Shown here piece by piece: positions 9,262-19,436 of a DNA stretch of 20,000 nucleotides. Under the pieces are notes generated by a model. It was not told the origin of the DNA. It did not search any database and saw only the letters and a list, made by a program, of their open reading frames with translations. The translations under genes were made by a program, and so were the position numbers. How positions within the stretch are numbered: position 1 is the stretch's first letter; each line of letters opens with the position of its first letter. The DNA is from Malacoraja senta (Eukaryota): NCBI GenBank assembly GCA_038087875.1, contig JAXLNO010000217.1, positions 57,026-77,025 on the forward strand. Reading direction: 5' to 3'.

Positions 9262-9289
9262 CTGAAGAAGGGTCACGACCAGAAGCGTC
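9262..9289 (+). ncRNA. Degenerate minimal type-I hammerhead ribozyme core (Penelope-associated)
   Basis: CTGAAGA-ag-GGTC-ac-GACC-a-GAAG-c-GTC. The conserved GAAA box is changed to GAAG. A mirror core CTGAAGA...GAAA lies on the minus strand at ~9232-9255. Confidence 0.45.
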
Positions 9290-9414
9290 ACCCATTCCTT
9301 CTTCCAGAGATACGGTATGTCCCGCTGAGTTACTCCAGCTTTTTGTGCCTAACTTTGATTTAAACCAGCTTCTGCAGTTCCTTCCTACAGGATAGATGTT
9401 GAGATGTTGAGACA

Positions 9415-9870
9415 ATTGGTCGGCATCATGTTTGGCCCCAACACTATGAGTCGAAAGGTCTGTTCATAAGGTCATAACGTCATAGGTAATAGGAGCAGAA
9501 TTAGGCCATTCGGCCCATCAAGTCTACTTCGCCATTCAATCATGGCTGATCTGTCTCTCCCTCCCAACCAATTCTCCTGCATTCTCCCCATAACTCCTGA
9601 CACCTATAGATTCAAGAATCTATCTATCTCTGCTTTAAAAATATCCATTGACTTGGACTCCATCGCCTTCTGTGGCAAGAATTCCACAGATTCACCACCC
9701 TCTGACTAAAGAAATTCCTTCTCATCTCCTTCCTAAAGGAACGCCCTTTACTTCTGAGGCTATGGCCTCTAGTCCTAGACTCTCCCACTAATGGAAACAT
9801 CCTCTCCACATCCACTCTATCCAAGCCTGTTCCTGTGCTGTACTGAATGTTCCATGTTCTGTGTTCTCTC
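9415..9870 (+). mobile_element. Old CR1 3' end with (GTTCTAT)-like tail, interrupted by another CR1
   Basis: GGCATCATGTTTGG...GTCGAAAGGTCTGTTC resumes as CTGTTCCTGTGCTGTACT...ATGTTC. Same family as the minus-strand end at ~18570-18650. Confidence 0.7.
9466..9826 (-). mobile_element. CR1 3' fragment (ORF2 end plus 3'UTR)
   Basis: ORF DRVDVERMFPLVGESRTRGHSLR...FFSQRVVNLWNS and the GGGCCGAATGGCC stem-loop. TSD-like CTGTTC at 9460-9465 and 9827-9832. Confidence 0.88.
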
Positions 9871-10064
9871 AGAGGTTAGTGACTCTCCGGAACTCTCTGC
9901 CCCTGAGAGTAGCAGGGGTAACATTACATACATTTCAATAGACAATAGATAATACACAATAGGCAGGAGTAGGCCATTCGGCCCTTCGAGCCAGCACCGC
10001 CATTCAATGTGATCATGGCTGATCATCCACAATCAGTACCCCGTTCCTGCCTTCTCCCCATATC

Positions 10065-10643
10065 TCCAAGAAGACGAAGGAAATTATTGTCGACTTCAGG
10101 AAGGTCAGAGGGGGCAGACATACCCCCATCCATATAAACGGGACTGAGGTGGAGCGCGTCTCCAGCTACAAATTCCTCGGCGTACACATCTCGGAGGATT
10201 TGTCCTGGTCCCTCAACACCTCCAAGCTGATCAAAAAGGCACAGCAGCGCCTTTACTTCCTGAGGAGGCTCAAGAAAGCCCACCTGTCCCCCCAGATCCT
10301 GACCAACTTCTACCGGTGTACCATCGAGAGCATCCTGACCACCTGCTTCACGGTATGGTACAGCAGCTGCACTGTTGTGGACAGGAAGGCACTACAACGG
10401 GTGGTGAAAACCGCGCAGCACATCATCGGTGCCCCGCTCCCTGCCATGGATGCCCTCCACCGAAAACGGTGTCTGAAATGGGCTGGGAAGATCATTAAAG
10501 ACCCCTCCCACCCCAACCATGGACTGTTTGCCCTCCTCCCATCAGGGAGGCGGTACAGGAGCCTCAGGTCTCGTACCAGTAGGATGAGGAACAGCTTCTA
10601 CAATTATACCGTCGCATTGCTGAACTCGGAGTCCCGCCGATAG
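10065..10643 (+). pseudogene. Open but 5'-truncated LINE RT C-terminus (thumb plus DUF1891-type domain)
   Basis: One frame from the junction: SKKTKEIIVDFRK...YKFLGVHISEDLSW...KKAQQRLYFLRRL...FYRCTIESILT...LLPSGRRYRS...RNSF. There is no true start codon. Confidence 0.85.
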
Positions 10644-10823
10644 ATTCCTCCGGTCCCTCCGTCCCCATTGTTAATTATTCTGTATTTTTTATTATTCTGT
10701 ATCCTCTTTTTAAAAAAAAATTCTATATTGCACTACTACTACGGACTGACGCAAAACTGCATTTCGTTGTACCCATACTCAGTATTTGTGCAATGACATT
10801 AAAGTTGAATTGAACTGAATTGA
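10065..10823 (+). mobile_element. 5'-truncated Rex1/Babar-type (CR1/L2 group) LINE with (TTGAA)n tail
   Basis: RT C-terminal ORF. The 3' end is ATTTCGTTGTAC...GTGCAATGACATTAAA plus (TTGAA)n. TSD ATATC at 10060-10064 and 10824-10828. Confidence 0.88.
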
Positions 10824-11244
10824 ATATCCCCTGACTCCGCTATCTTTAAGAGCCCTATCTAGCTCTCCCTTTAAAGTATCCAGAGAACCGGCCTCCACCG
10901 CCCTCTGAGGCAGAGAATTCCACAGACTCACAACTCTGTGTGAAAAAGTGTTTCCTCATCTCCATTCTAAATGGCTTACCCCTTATTCTTAAACTGTGGC
11001 CCCTGGTTCTGGACTCCCCCAAAATCGCGAACATGTTTCCTGCCCCTAGCGTGTCCAAACCCTTAATAATCTTATGTTTCAATAAGATCCCTTCTCATCC
11101 TTCTAAATTCCAGAGTATACAAGCCCAGACGCTCTATTTTCTCAGCATATGACCGTCCCGACATCCTGGGAATTAACCTTGTGAACCTACACTGCACTCC
11201 CTCAATAGCAAGGTGAAGGTAGCTAATTATGTGAAAGATCAAAC

Positions 11245-11330
11245 AATAGAGGGTTATGGGGAACAAAAATGGAGTGGAGACCAGCATGGAGCAGGCTTGA
11301 GGGCTTTGATGTCCTTGTCCTGCCCCTATA
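11245..11330 (+). mobile_element. Highly diverged CR1 3' end
   Basis: GAGGGTTATGGGGA...GCAGGCTTGAGGG...TCCTGCCCCTAT resembles 5620-5730. Confidence 0.5.
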
Positions 11331-12284
11331 GGTTGCAAAGGGAAATGTCACCCAGAATGAGATGTACAGTGGGTGGGCACACACTTTATCAAAGCTTCTA
11401 CAAACCTGACAGCTTTAGTGCTTCTGTAATTGAACTATGTATAAATCATAACATTTGAAGATGGCATATAATAATGTGGAGCTCAGATTACATATTTCAA
11501 CACAGTAAAACACACCCAGCCAGCACCAAGTCCCTGGAGCTTTTGGGTGAAGTCTGCAGCAATACTTAGTGAAATTATCTGTGGACAATTTTCCCACCTT
11601 GCAGTTCTCATCAATAAACCTGGTGTACCAGATGCTAAGCAGAACACTGATGCATCAGGAATATACAATAGACTTAATTATTTAATGTGTCAGTGGCCAT
11701 CATGTATTACACATCCATTCACTCCGGTGAATATTTCTGTTTGACATGACTCACTAGATATGCAGATTGCTGAGTAACATGACCATTAAATAAATCATAC
11801 ATGATTTATTCAACTCCATGGATCAGATCTATTATTATATTGTAATTTCTTGGGATCTGTCTTCACTAATGCTTGTAAGGCATTTCCACTTACTAACCGG
11901 TGCCAAATATTACAGAAATATATACATTAAATGAGAAGATTAAGAAGGACAGAGTTATAAACTGAATCCCTTCTCAGCAGTAGGGCTGTAAATAACACCA
12001 TTACCATTTTCTAATATTCTCCTGCTATCTAAAGTTGCAAATGACTCACACAGTCAGCTTTCAACCCTGTCAGCAATCTTTTTTTAATGGATCATATTTA
12101 TGCTTCGTATTGTCCTTTCATTTTAATCTATATTCATAGGGTTTTTCAAAGAGAATGGATAGAGAATTAATACATTACCATTGTTCCTATAAAGGTTTTA
12201 ACATTTTAAAAAAACATTCATGTATAAAACAAAATAGTTTGATGCCATATGTTAACTTAGGCCTGTGGAATAAAGAATTGTCAA

Positions 12285-12657
12285 AGCACAGTCATTCCTT
12301 CTACCACCCGCTCCCATCGGGTTGAAGATAGGAAGCTTGAAAGCACTCACCACCAGACTTGGGAACAGGTACTTCCCCTCTGTTAACAGGCTTTGTCATG
12401 GTCATACCATAAGCTAGGATACAGTCCGATTCACCTCTACCCCGTTTCAGACATTGTACTCTGTCTATGGAACTGATGTTCTACAATGCTGAGAACTATA
12501 TTCTGCACTCTGCATCTTCCCCTTTGCTCTACCTATTATATTTGAGTTTGACTTGATTGTATTTGTGTATAGTATTATCTGATCTGATTGGATAGCATGC
12601 AGACCAGAGCTATTGACTGTATTTCAGTACACATGGCAATAATAAACCTAAACCTAT
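12285..12657 (+). mobile_element. Old Rex1/Babar-type 3' fragment
   Basis: Degenerate HSFYHPLPSG..SLKALTTRLGNRYFPSV parallels LLPSGRRYRSLRSRTSRMRNSF. It is followed by a 3'UTR and an AATAATAAACCTAAACCTA tail. Confidence 0.78.
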
Positions 12658-12960
12658 TAAAATTAGATGGATATTTGCAAACTATCAAATATAACATTTG
12701 TCATATACTATGCAAGGTTTACAGAAGTGTTTTTCACTTAAATTGTGCTATTTGGCTTTGTGGAGATAGATTTATTGTTCAATGACTTGCCGATGTGCAA
12801 CTGGTACAAATATCAACTGTAACAGCTTGGAACTACATGCAACCCTATTTTTGGAGTGGCCCAACCTTTCTGCTGTCCCAGTTGTTTCAGCAACACATTT
12901 CTGTGCCACAGAGTTGCCATGTAAAAGACAGACTTATTGAGGAAAATTAATTGGAAACTG

Positions 12961-13113
12961 TGTTGGAAGGAACTGCAGATGCTGATTTAAACCAAAGAGA
13001 CACAAAAAGCTGGCGTAATTCAACGGGTCAGACAGCATCTCTGGAGAAAAGGAATAGAAAAGGAAAGGAAATGTCACCTATTCCTTTTCTCCAGAGAAGC
13101 TGTGTGACCTGCT
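12961..13113 (-). mobile_element. Palindromic Penelope pLTR remnant with the centre deleted
   Basis: 12965-13056 is the reverse complement of ~9294-9386. TCTCTGGAGAAAAGGAATAG pairs with CTATTCCTTTTCTCCAGAGA. Confidence 0.72.
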
Positions 13114-13595
13114 AATGGGTGAAAATCTAATTTCAGTCTTAGCACTGAACTGTATCTTTGGAAAATGCAAAGTTCACTGGAATTAGATTTTTTTTTTTAA
13201 ATAAAGTCGAATGTTCTAGTCGACCACGTGAGAATAGGGAGCCTTGTATTGCTAAAATACTAAGCTACATCTCGCACTCAATCATACTCCGGTACCCATT
13301 CCCATCATGTAAAACACTGGAGCATTCATTGCAAGGTGATTAAAATGATTTATGGTTGTAGCACCTAGTTCGTTGTATTATACTAATCACCATGATTTTG
13401 AACTAAATTGAAAAATTAACAATTTAAGCAAAATAACTAAATTGTTATAAGGAGACTGGGTCATGATTTATTTTGATGGCAGAACAATTTTAAATTTCAC
13501 CCACCTCCACCTCAGTAAATGATATGGATGGGTTGATATTTATCATGCTGAAAGCTTTTCATGAAGATAACTGTGATTTTTCAAATAACCCGCTT

Positions 13596-13760
13596 TAGAT
13601 AGAGCTCTTAAAGATAGTGGCGTTAAGGGATATGGGGAGAAGGCAGGAACGGGATACTGATTGTGGATGATCTGCCATGATCACAGTGAATGGCGGTGCT
13701 GGCTCGAAGGGTCGAACGGCCTACTCCTGCACCTATTGTCTATTGTTTATTGCCTATTGT
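13596..13760 (+). mobile_element. CR1 3' end with (CTATTGT)n tail
   Basis: GGGATATGGGGAGAAGGCAGG...GGCTCGAAGGGTCGAACGGCCTACTCCTGCACC plus tail; homologous to 5590-5730. Confidence 0.9.
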
Positions 13761-14332
13761 CGTTTATATTTTGATAGAATGTGGACAATAGAATAATACT
13801 GAGTCACTGAATATTTTTTTAAATGGAAAATATAAATTATTGAATTTTGCTCCAAGAAAACCATATCACTATTAATGTTATATCTTGTTTCTATCTGAAT
13901 TATAATATTTACAAGGCAGTAACCTGCCATGTAGAATAAGTCTGATATCTCAAAGACTAGGTGGAACAGAGGGACCTTATGGCTGCAAGATTTAGGTTAA
14001 TGCTTTCATGTGCACTAACTAACTCTTTCAACCAAAAATGCCAACATGATAAAAAATAATAATGGATTATTTTATTGTGCAATATATTCCTTAAATGAAA
14101 TTGTAATCAATTATTTCCAAGTTTAAAAAAAATTGCATTTATCATGACCAACTTATTTTATTTAGTGGTTTTGAATAATTATTAGTCCGTAAATCAATCT
14201 TATAATTACGTTGTTTTATAGATTATTCAGACTTTGTAGAGCTAATCAATATTTAGCTTCTTATTTTATGAGTCATTCTTTCTACCTCTGTCATACTGAA
14301 CTATGCTCCTACTTGTACTGGAGCAGTAAAAT

Positions 14333-14865
14333 GGAGACACAAGAGACTGCAGATGCTGCAACCTTGGACAAAACACAAAGTGGTGGAGGGACTCAGTGGG
14401 TTAGGCGGTCACAGTGGCGCAGTGGTAGAGTTGCTGCCTTACAGCGAATGCAGTGCCGGAGACCCGGGTTCGATCCCAACTACAGGTACTGTCTGTACGT
14501 AGTTTGTATGTTCTCCCTGCGACCTGCCTGTGTTTTCTCCGAGATCTTCGGTTTTCTCCCACACTACAAAGAAGTACTGTTTGTAGGTTAATTGGCTTGA
14601 TAAATGTAAAAAAATGTTCCTAGTGGGTGTAGGGTATTGTTAATGTGTGGGGATCGCTGGTTGGCGCGGACCTGGTGGGCCGAAGGGCCTGTTTCCATGC
14701 TGTATCTCTAAACTAAACTAAACTAATCTGTGGAAGGAATGGATGGACAACGTTTTGGGTTGAGACCCTCAGTTTGAAGAAAGGTCCCGACACAAAATGT
14801 CATCTGTCCATTCCCTCCACAAATGCTGTCTGGCCTGCTGAGTTTTTTCCAGCACTTTTTTTTTC
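14333..14865 (-). mobile_element. Palindromic Penelope pLTR remnant interrupted by a SINE
   Basis: CTGCAGATGCTG...AAAGTGGTGGAGGGACTCAGTGGG pairs with CCTGCTGAGTTTTTTCCAGCACTTT. TGTGGAAGGAATGGA pairs with TCCATTCCCTCCACA. A degenerate core TTGAAGAAAGGTCCCGACACAAAATGTC lies at 14774-14801. Confidence 0.7.
14404..14726 (+). mobile_element. Full-length tRNA-derived V-SINE (HE1-like) with consensus Pol III boxes
   Basis: A box TGGCGCAGTGG (14415-14425), B box GGTTCGATCCC (14467-14477), tail GGGCCGAAGGGCCTGTTTCC and (CTAAA)n at 14708-14726. Confidence 0.92.
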
Positions 14866-14954
14866 CTATTTGTACTATTTGTTTCCTACTTCAGATTCCG
14901 ATTCAGAAAACGTTATTGTCTGTCGTAACAGAAAATCTTCTTTAAACCTACTTT

Positions 14955-15110
14955 CAGTTTAGGTTTATGTTTATTATTGCCACGTGTACCGAAGCACAAG
15001 AAAAGCTTTGTTTTACACTCTATCCAATGACATCAGATAATGCTATACATAAATACAAACAAGTCAAACTCAACTACAATAGACAAAGGTACAAGATACA
15101 GTCATTCAGT
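14955..15110 (-). mobile_element. Rex1/Babar-type 3'UTR fragment
   Basis: TTTAGGTTTATGTTTATTATTGCCACGTGTACC...TCAGATAATGCTATACATAAATACAAACAAGTCAAACTC is homologous to 17444-17590. Confidence 0.72.
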
Positions 15111-15369
15111 ATATCGAGGTTGATCTGCAATTTCAGAACTACTACTCCATATGAACCTCATAACCTTTAATTCCTACTATCCAAAAAATCTGGGGACTTA
15201 CCAAAGCCATTTTTTATGCCCTTTGTGGCTCTCTAATAAACCAATTGAGTTTTTTACTTTGATTTATATCCTCAACTCGAATTTTAGCTTCTTAAATATT
15301 GCACATTCTTCCTTTTGATTCTTGGCCAAATTATTACCTCTTTGGTCATCCAAGGTTCATTACTTTGCC

Positions 15370-15568
15370 ATGCACATCTCCTTGAAACTTTGCCCCACTC
15401 ATCTTAGAGCTATGCACTCTAGTATTTGATTTTACCATCCTAGAAAAAATGTTCTGACTGTCTACCCTACCTATACCTACCCTGCAACCTCTGGCATTCC
15501 AGAGAAAACATTCCAAGTCTGTCCAACCTTTAGCTAATAAACCCTAATCCAGGCATCATTCTGGTAAA
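15370..15568 (-). mobile_element. Old CR1 ORF2 3' fragment
   Basis: Homologous to ~18815-19045 (ATCTCC..AAACTTTG, CATTCCAGAGAAAACA, TAATCCA..ATTCTGGTAA). Confidence 0.7.
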
Positions 15569-16702
15569 GTTGTTTGTATTTCCTCCTGAACTCTATTGCT
15601 ATATTCCTAACAGCTTCCAAATGTATCCATAATCTTTTCTCAAGTGCCCTTCCCATTCCTTCATGAAGCTATGATGAATGCAGGATCGTAATGACTATCT
15701 GCAAATAAAATGTTTTTGCTTACAATTTAAAAACTGTAAACTGTCCATCCCTCTTCTTGAAAAATCCATTAAAAGGGACAGCTTTCCTGCACCTATCCCA
15801 TGCACACCAGTCATGATTTTGTATTTCTTATCAGAATCAAAACCAAACGTTACTGAGGCATTGCTCTGGAGGTGCCATTATATATTCCCATGTGTAGTTG
15901 ATATAACCTTCAGCTCACCAGCATTTTAAATTCTCCCTGAAAGTGAGAATTTGCTGCTTCATTACTCTGAAGTTCTCCTTGGGCTTTGAAGCCATATTTT
16001 AACCCACTCATTATTTTTTGCTCATAGAATTTCAATTCTGTTCTCCAAGGCCAAACCTGTGATAAAAATATAAGGGAAAGAAGGCAATTGACTTTTCAAA
16101 AAAAAACTTAGGTAACATCACTTATCATCAAGGACAGATACAATAGATTGATTTTAACCATCATATAGGTTCTAATCCCAATACAAATCAAAAGCCATTT
16201 GAAAATAATGTCGTTGCTGAAATCAAGCAGGTTACTAGAATTCTTAGCAATCGTGATTCCTTTTTCTGATCACATTTGGTCTATTTCATTAAGTTTTTCT
16301 TCAGTCAAGGACAACTAAGCAATGTTCTGAACAAGATAATTCCACAGTTAATTGTGCTCACCGTATCTTGCACTCACTGCTCTGAATACAATGTGTTTAT
16401 CTAACTTAACTAATTGTCAGTTCTATTTGATGATCACAACATCTCTTTTCAAGATGGACATTAAACCATCAAATACATTTCCAAGAAGTCCTTAGGTTGC
16501 ACGTAAAGGCCAAACAAGGAATATATAACTAGCAGTCGACAATGTTAACAGAATTGTTGTTACCATTTTCAGTTCTTTTTCAATGTGCAGCATTGTGAAG
16601 CTCAAAATTGATAGAGAACTAAAAATGCTTTTTAATATCTAAAAGGCTGTAAAAATATTCTGAAAAAGAAAGACAAGTTATAATTTCAATCATTTCAATG
16701 TC

Positions 16703-17025
16703 GGGCAGCAGAGTGGTACAGCTGGTAAAGCTGTTATCTCACAGCATCAGAGAACTGGGTTCAATTCTGACCTCAGGTGCTGTATGTGTGGTGTTTGCAC
16801 GTTCTCCTTGTAACAATATGAGTTTCCTCTCGGTGCCCTAGTTTCTTCCCGTCCCAAGGATGTGCAGGCTTGTGGGTTAAATGGCACTGTAAATTGCCCC
16901 TAGAGTGTAGTGGATGGATGAGAATATGGGATAACAAAGAACTAGTGTAAACGGGTGATAGGTGGTCAGCATGGACTCGATAAGCCGAAGGGCCTGTTTC
17001 CATGCTGTATCTCCAAACAAACCAC
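16703..17025 (+). mobile_element. Older full-length V-SINE (HE1-like)
   Basis: A box TGGTACAGCTGG, B box GGTTCAATTC, central GTTTGCACGTTCTCC domain and tail GCCGAAGGGCCTGTTTCCATGCTGTATCTC. Confidence 0.85.
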
Positions 17026-17443
17026 ACTCAAAACTAATCACATTATATACTTATAATGTGATCATATATCTAGTGTAACTGGTGTTGGTAAAATAAAGAT
17101 TTCTAAATAGATATCCATTATTAAAGTTTTTGATGTTAATAGTGAGAAGACTTCTTCTTCATTCATTAAGGGATGGGCAAGATTAAGAATTTTGAATCAT
17201 TCATTGCATCCACCTCAGAAAACTAACAAGAGAGTAATTTTATATATAAGGAATGTAATAGTGAAATTATTTCTGGGATGATATTTGAAGATTGACCAAT
17301 TGTGATATTCTTGGCTTCAGTCCAGATTTGAATCTGTTGCCCCCACTTTTGGGCAGGGTTGTGAAGAGGTTTCAAAGAATAAGATGTTGTTCCCCTGATA
17401 TTGGTAATGAATGGCCTCCTATAGATCCCTATGATGGTGGGGA

Positions 17444-17818
17444 GGTTAGGTTTAGATTTATTATTGTAACGTGTACCATGGCACAATGAAAAGTTTTGTT
17501 TTGCATGCCATCTAATCTAATCAGATAATACTATAAATAAATACAAACAAGTTAAACACGTACGATAGATAGAACACAGGGGAAGATACAGAGTGCAGAA
17601 TATAGTTATTAGCATTGTAGCACACCAGTTTCATAGACAAAGTCCAATGACCGCAATGGGATAGAGTTGCATCAGCCAGTATCCTATCTTATGTTAGAAC
17701 CATTCAAAAGCCTGATAACAGAGAGGAAGAAGCGGCTCCTGAGTCTGGTGGTGCACACTTTCCAGGTTCTGTACCTTCTGCCAATTAGGACCAGGAAGAA
17801 GAAGGAATGTCCGGGGTG
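17444..17818 (-). mobile_element. Old Rex1/Babar-type 3' fragment
   Basis: Reverse-complement homologue of 12285-12657 (ORF end, 3'UTR and AATAATAAATCTAAACCTAACC tail). Confidence 0.8.
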
Positions 17819-18242
17819 TCTGTGATGCAAGTTATCAGTATGTATTGGCCAGCCTCAGTGATCGGAGATACAATGGCAATGTGGAGATACCGGTGTATTT
17901 TGAAAGACTGTTGGTGACTGAATCATGGGCAATGAGGCTCCTAAATAATGCATTACAAGGGTCTTAAGCCATCCAGGGTGACCAAAAGAATGGCTTCACG
18001 TATTCAGCTGTGAAGCTAAAGCATAATCTTTAATTTTAAATGAGAATCTTCACTTCCAGTGCCTCCACTAATTGGTCATTAGTGGAACAAGACAAAGGAC
18101 AAAGCGTGATTGCTAATAGTTGCAGGATACTTCTATTGGAAGAAAGGGAAATTGGGCAGAGGAATTGATCTGATGCACCATAAGCAAGCTTGTTCAAAGT
18201 ACCTGCAATTTCATCACACATGGTGACACGAGAATTCTTTAC

Positions 18243-18362
18243 CTTCGTTTGACCTTACGCATCATTGATGATGTTTCTCCCCGTAATACATGGAGAAACA
18301 ATGGATCAGATTTATCCTTCAGCATAACCTGCTGTTACTTGAATTGTCATTAGCGGAGAAGT
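18243..18362 (-). other. Candidate 120-bp exon in apparently unique sequence
   Basis: Minus-strand acceptor CTTATTTTTTATCTCCCCACAG| and donor AAG|GTAAAG. No homology recognised. Confidence 0.2.
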
Positions 18363-18568
18363 CTGTGGGGAGATAAAAAATAAGTTGGACACATGCAAAA
18401 TCCTAGCTATCCAGAAGCTTTTCCTGTTATTATTGAGATCATGTGGTTGAGCATAGATATTAAGATTATTTTGGAGTCCACAATATTTTAATATTCATGT
18501 AGATTCATAGTATAGGACAGCCCAGAAACATGTTCTTCAGCCCCCAGTGTCCATGCTAACTATTGATT

Positions 18569-19135
18569 ACATAGAACATAGAACATAGAAAGATGCAGCA
18601 CAGGAATGGGATCTTTGACCTACAATGTCCATGCTGAACATTATGCCAAGATAAACTAATCTCCTCTGCCTGCATGTGATCCATATTCTTCCATCCCCTG
18701 CACACACACATATACCTATCCAAACGCCTCTTAAATGCCACTTGTGTACCTGTCCCCACCATCACCTCTGGCACATTCTAGGCACCCAACACTATCTGTG
18801 CAATAAAATAGCCCAGTTCATCTCCTTTAAACTTTGTTCCTTTCACCTAGAAGCTACGTCCTCTAGTCTTTGACATTTCCACCCCAGGAAAAAGGTTCTG
18901 ACTTCTACCCTATCTCTGCTTCTCATAATTTTTTTTATATTTAGGTCTTCCTTAGCCTCCATCATTCCAGAGAAAACAATCCAATTTGTTGTACCTCTCT
19001 TTATAGCTAATAGCCTCTAATCCATGCAGTATTCTGGTAACCATGTTCTGCACCTTCTCCAAAGCCTTCACATAGTTCCAGCAATGGAGTGACCAGAACA
19101 GACATACAATACTCCAAATGTGGGTTAATCAAAGT
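18569..19135 (-). mobile_element. Older CR1 3' fragment with (GTTCTAT)n tail
   Basis: Degenerate PHLEYC...W and AFKRRLDRYM peptides, and (CATAGAA)3 at ~18570-18590. Confidence 0.8.
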
Positions 19136-19198
19136 CAGGCAGCATCTGTGAGAATGATGCAATGACTGGTAGTCATCAAGGATTAAAACCAGGGTTTT

Positions 19199-19330
19199 AA
19201 ACATAGAAAATAGGTGCAGGAGTAGGCCATTCGGCCCTTCGAGCCAGCACCGCCATTCAATATGATCATGGCTGATTATCCAGAATCAGTACCTCGTTCC
19301 TGCTTTCTATCTCTAACTCTGTCTCTTGAA
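19199..19330 (-). mobile_element. Short CR1 3' end
   Basis: AAACATAGAAAATAGGTGCAGGAGTAGGCCATTCGGCCCTTCGAGCC is a near-exact reverse complement of ~5694-5741. Confidence 0.88.
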
Positions 19331-19384
19331 TACATAAAGTCAGCTGCAAAGTAAAATATCTGGTCTTCCGACAGCTACATAAAT

Positions 19385-19436
19385 GGGCAGCGCAGTGGCA
19401 CAGCTGGTAGAGCTCCTGCCTCAAAGTGCCAGAGAC
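19385..19436 (+). mobile_element. V-SINE tRNA-like head, cut by the adjacent CR1
   Basis: GGGCAGCGCAGTGGCACAGCTGGTAGAGCTCCTGCCTC...GCCAGAGAC stops just before the B box, where the CR1 tail begins. Confidence 0.75.

Larger units (their letters stand above)
8175..9388 (+). mobile_element. Palindromic Penelope pLTR remnant (inverted partial copy plus direct copy), interrupted by ~1 kb of nested inserts
   Basis: Arm ~8178-8236 is the reverse complement of ~9294-9351. The centre CCCTTCTTCAG-ACTAGC-CTGAAGAAGGG lies at 9245-9272. A 14-bp TSD AGGATAGATGTTGA flanks it (8161-8174 and 9389-9402). The Penelope assignment is from family recognition. Confidence 0.75.
9935..11212 (-). mobile_element. CR1 3' fragment with (CTATTGT)n tail, split by the Rex1/Babar insert
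   Basis: Peptides LAIEGVQCRFTRLIP...LYTLEFRRMRRDLIET and ESRTRGHSLRIRG. The 3'UTR at 9960-10064 continues at 10824. Highly similar to 19436-19935. Confidence 0.92.

Noticed and set aside
10149..10643. 164-aa ORF as an ALKBH8-like or other host gene
   Set aside because: The DUF1891-type sequence here is the LINE RT C-terminus. It is 5'-truncated, has a (TTGAA)n tail and TSD, and lacks a true ATG.
11588..11625. Plus-strand acceptor-like TTTTCCCACCTTGCAG
   Set aside because: There is no convincing donor or recognisable coding sequence downstream.
14404..14480. tRNA gene (also the heads at 6080-6154, 7195, 16703 and 19385)
   Set aside because: The A/B boxes run directly into SINE body and tail, and no complete cloverleaf is present.
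14211..14591. 126-aa ORF (also 5752-6162, 7124-7438 and 42-239)
   Set aside because: These are chimeric reading frames spanning unrelated repeat junctions.
18036..18221. Minus-strand ORF with ASDQFLCPIS resembling a U-box start
   Set aside because: The rest of the U-box pattern (M-x-DPV, G-x-T-Y-x-R, P-x-T) is missing, so the resemblance is too short to support.
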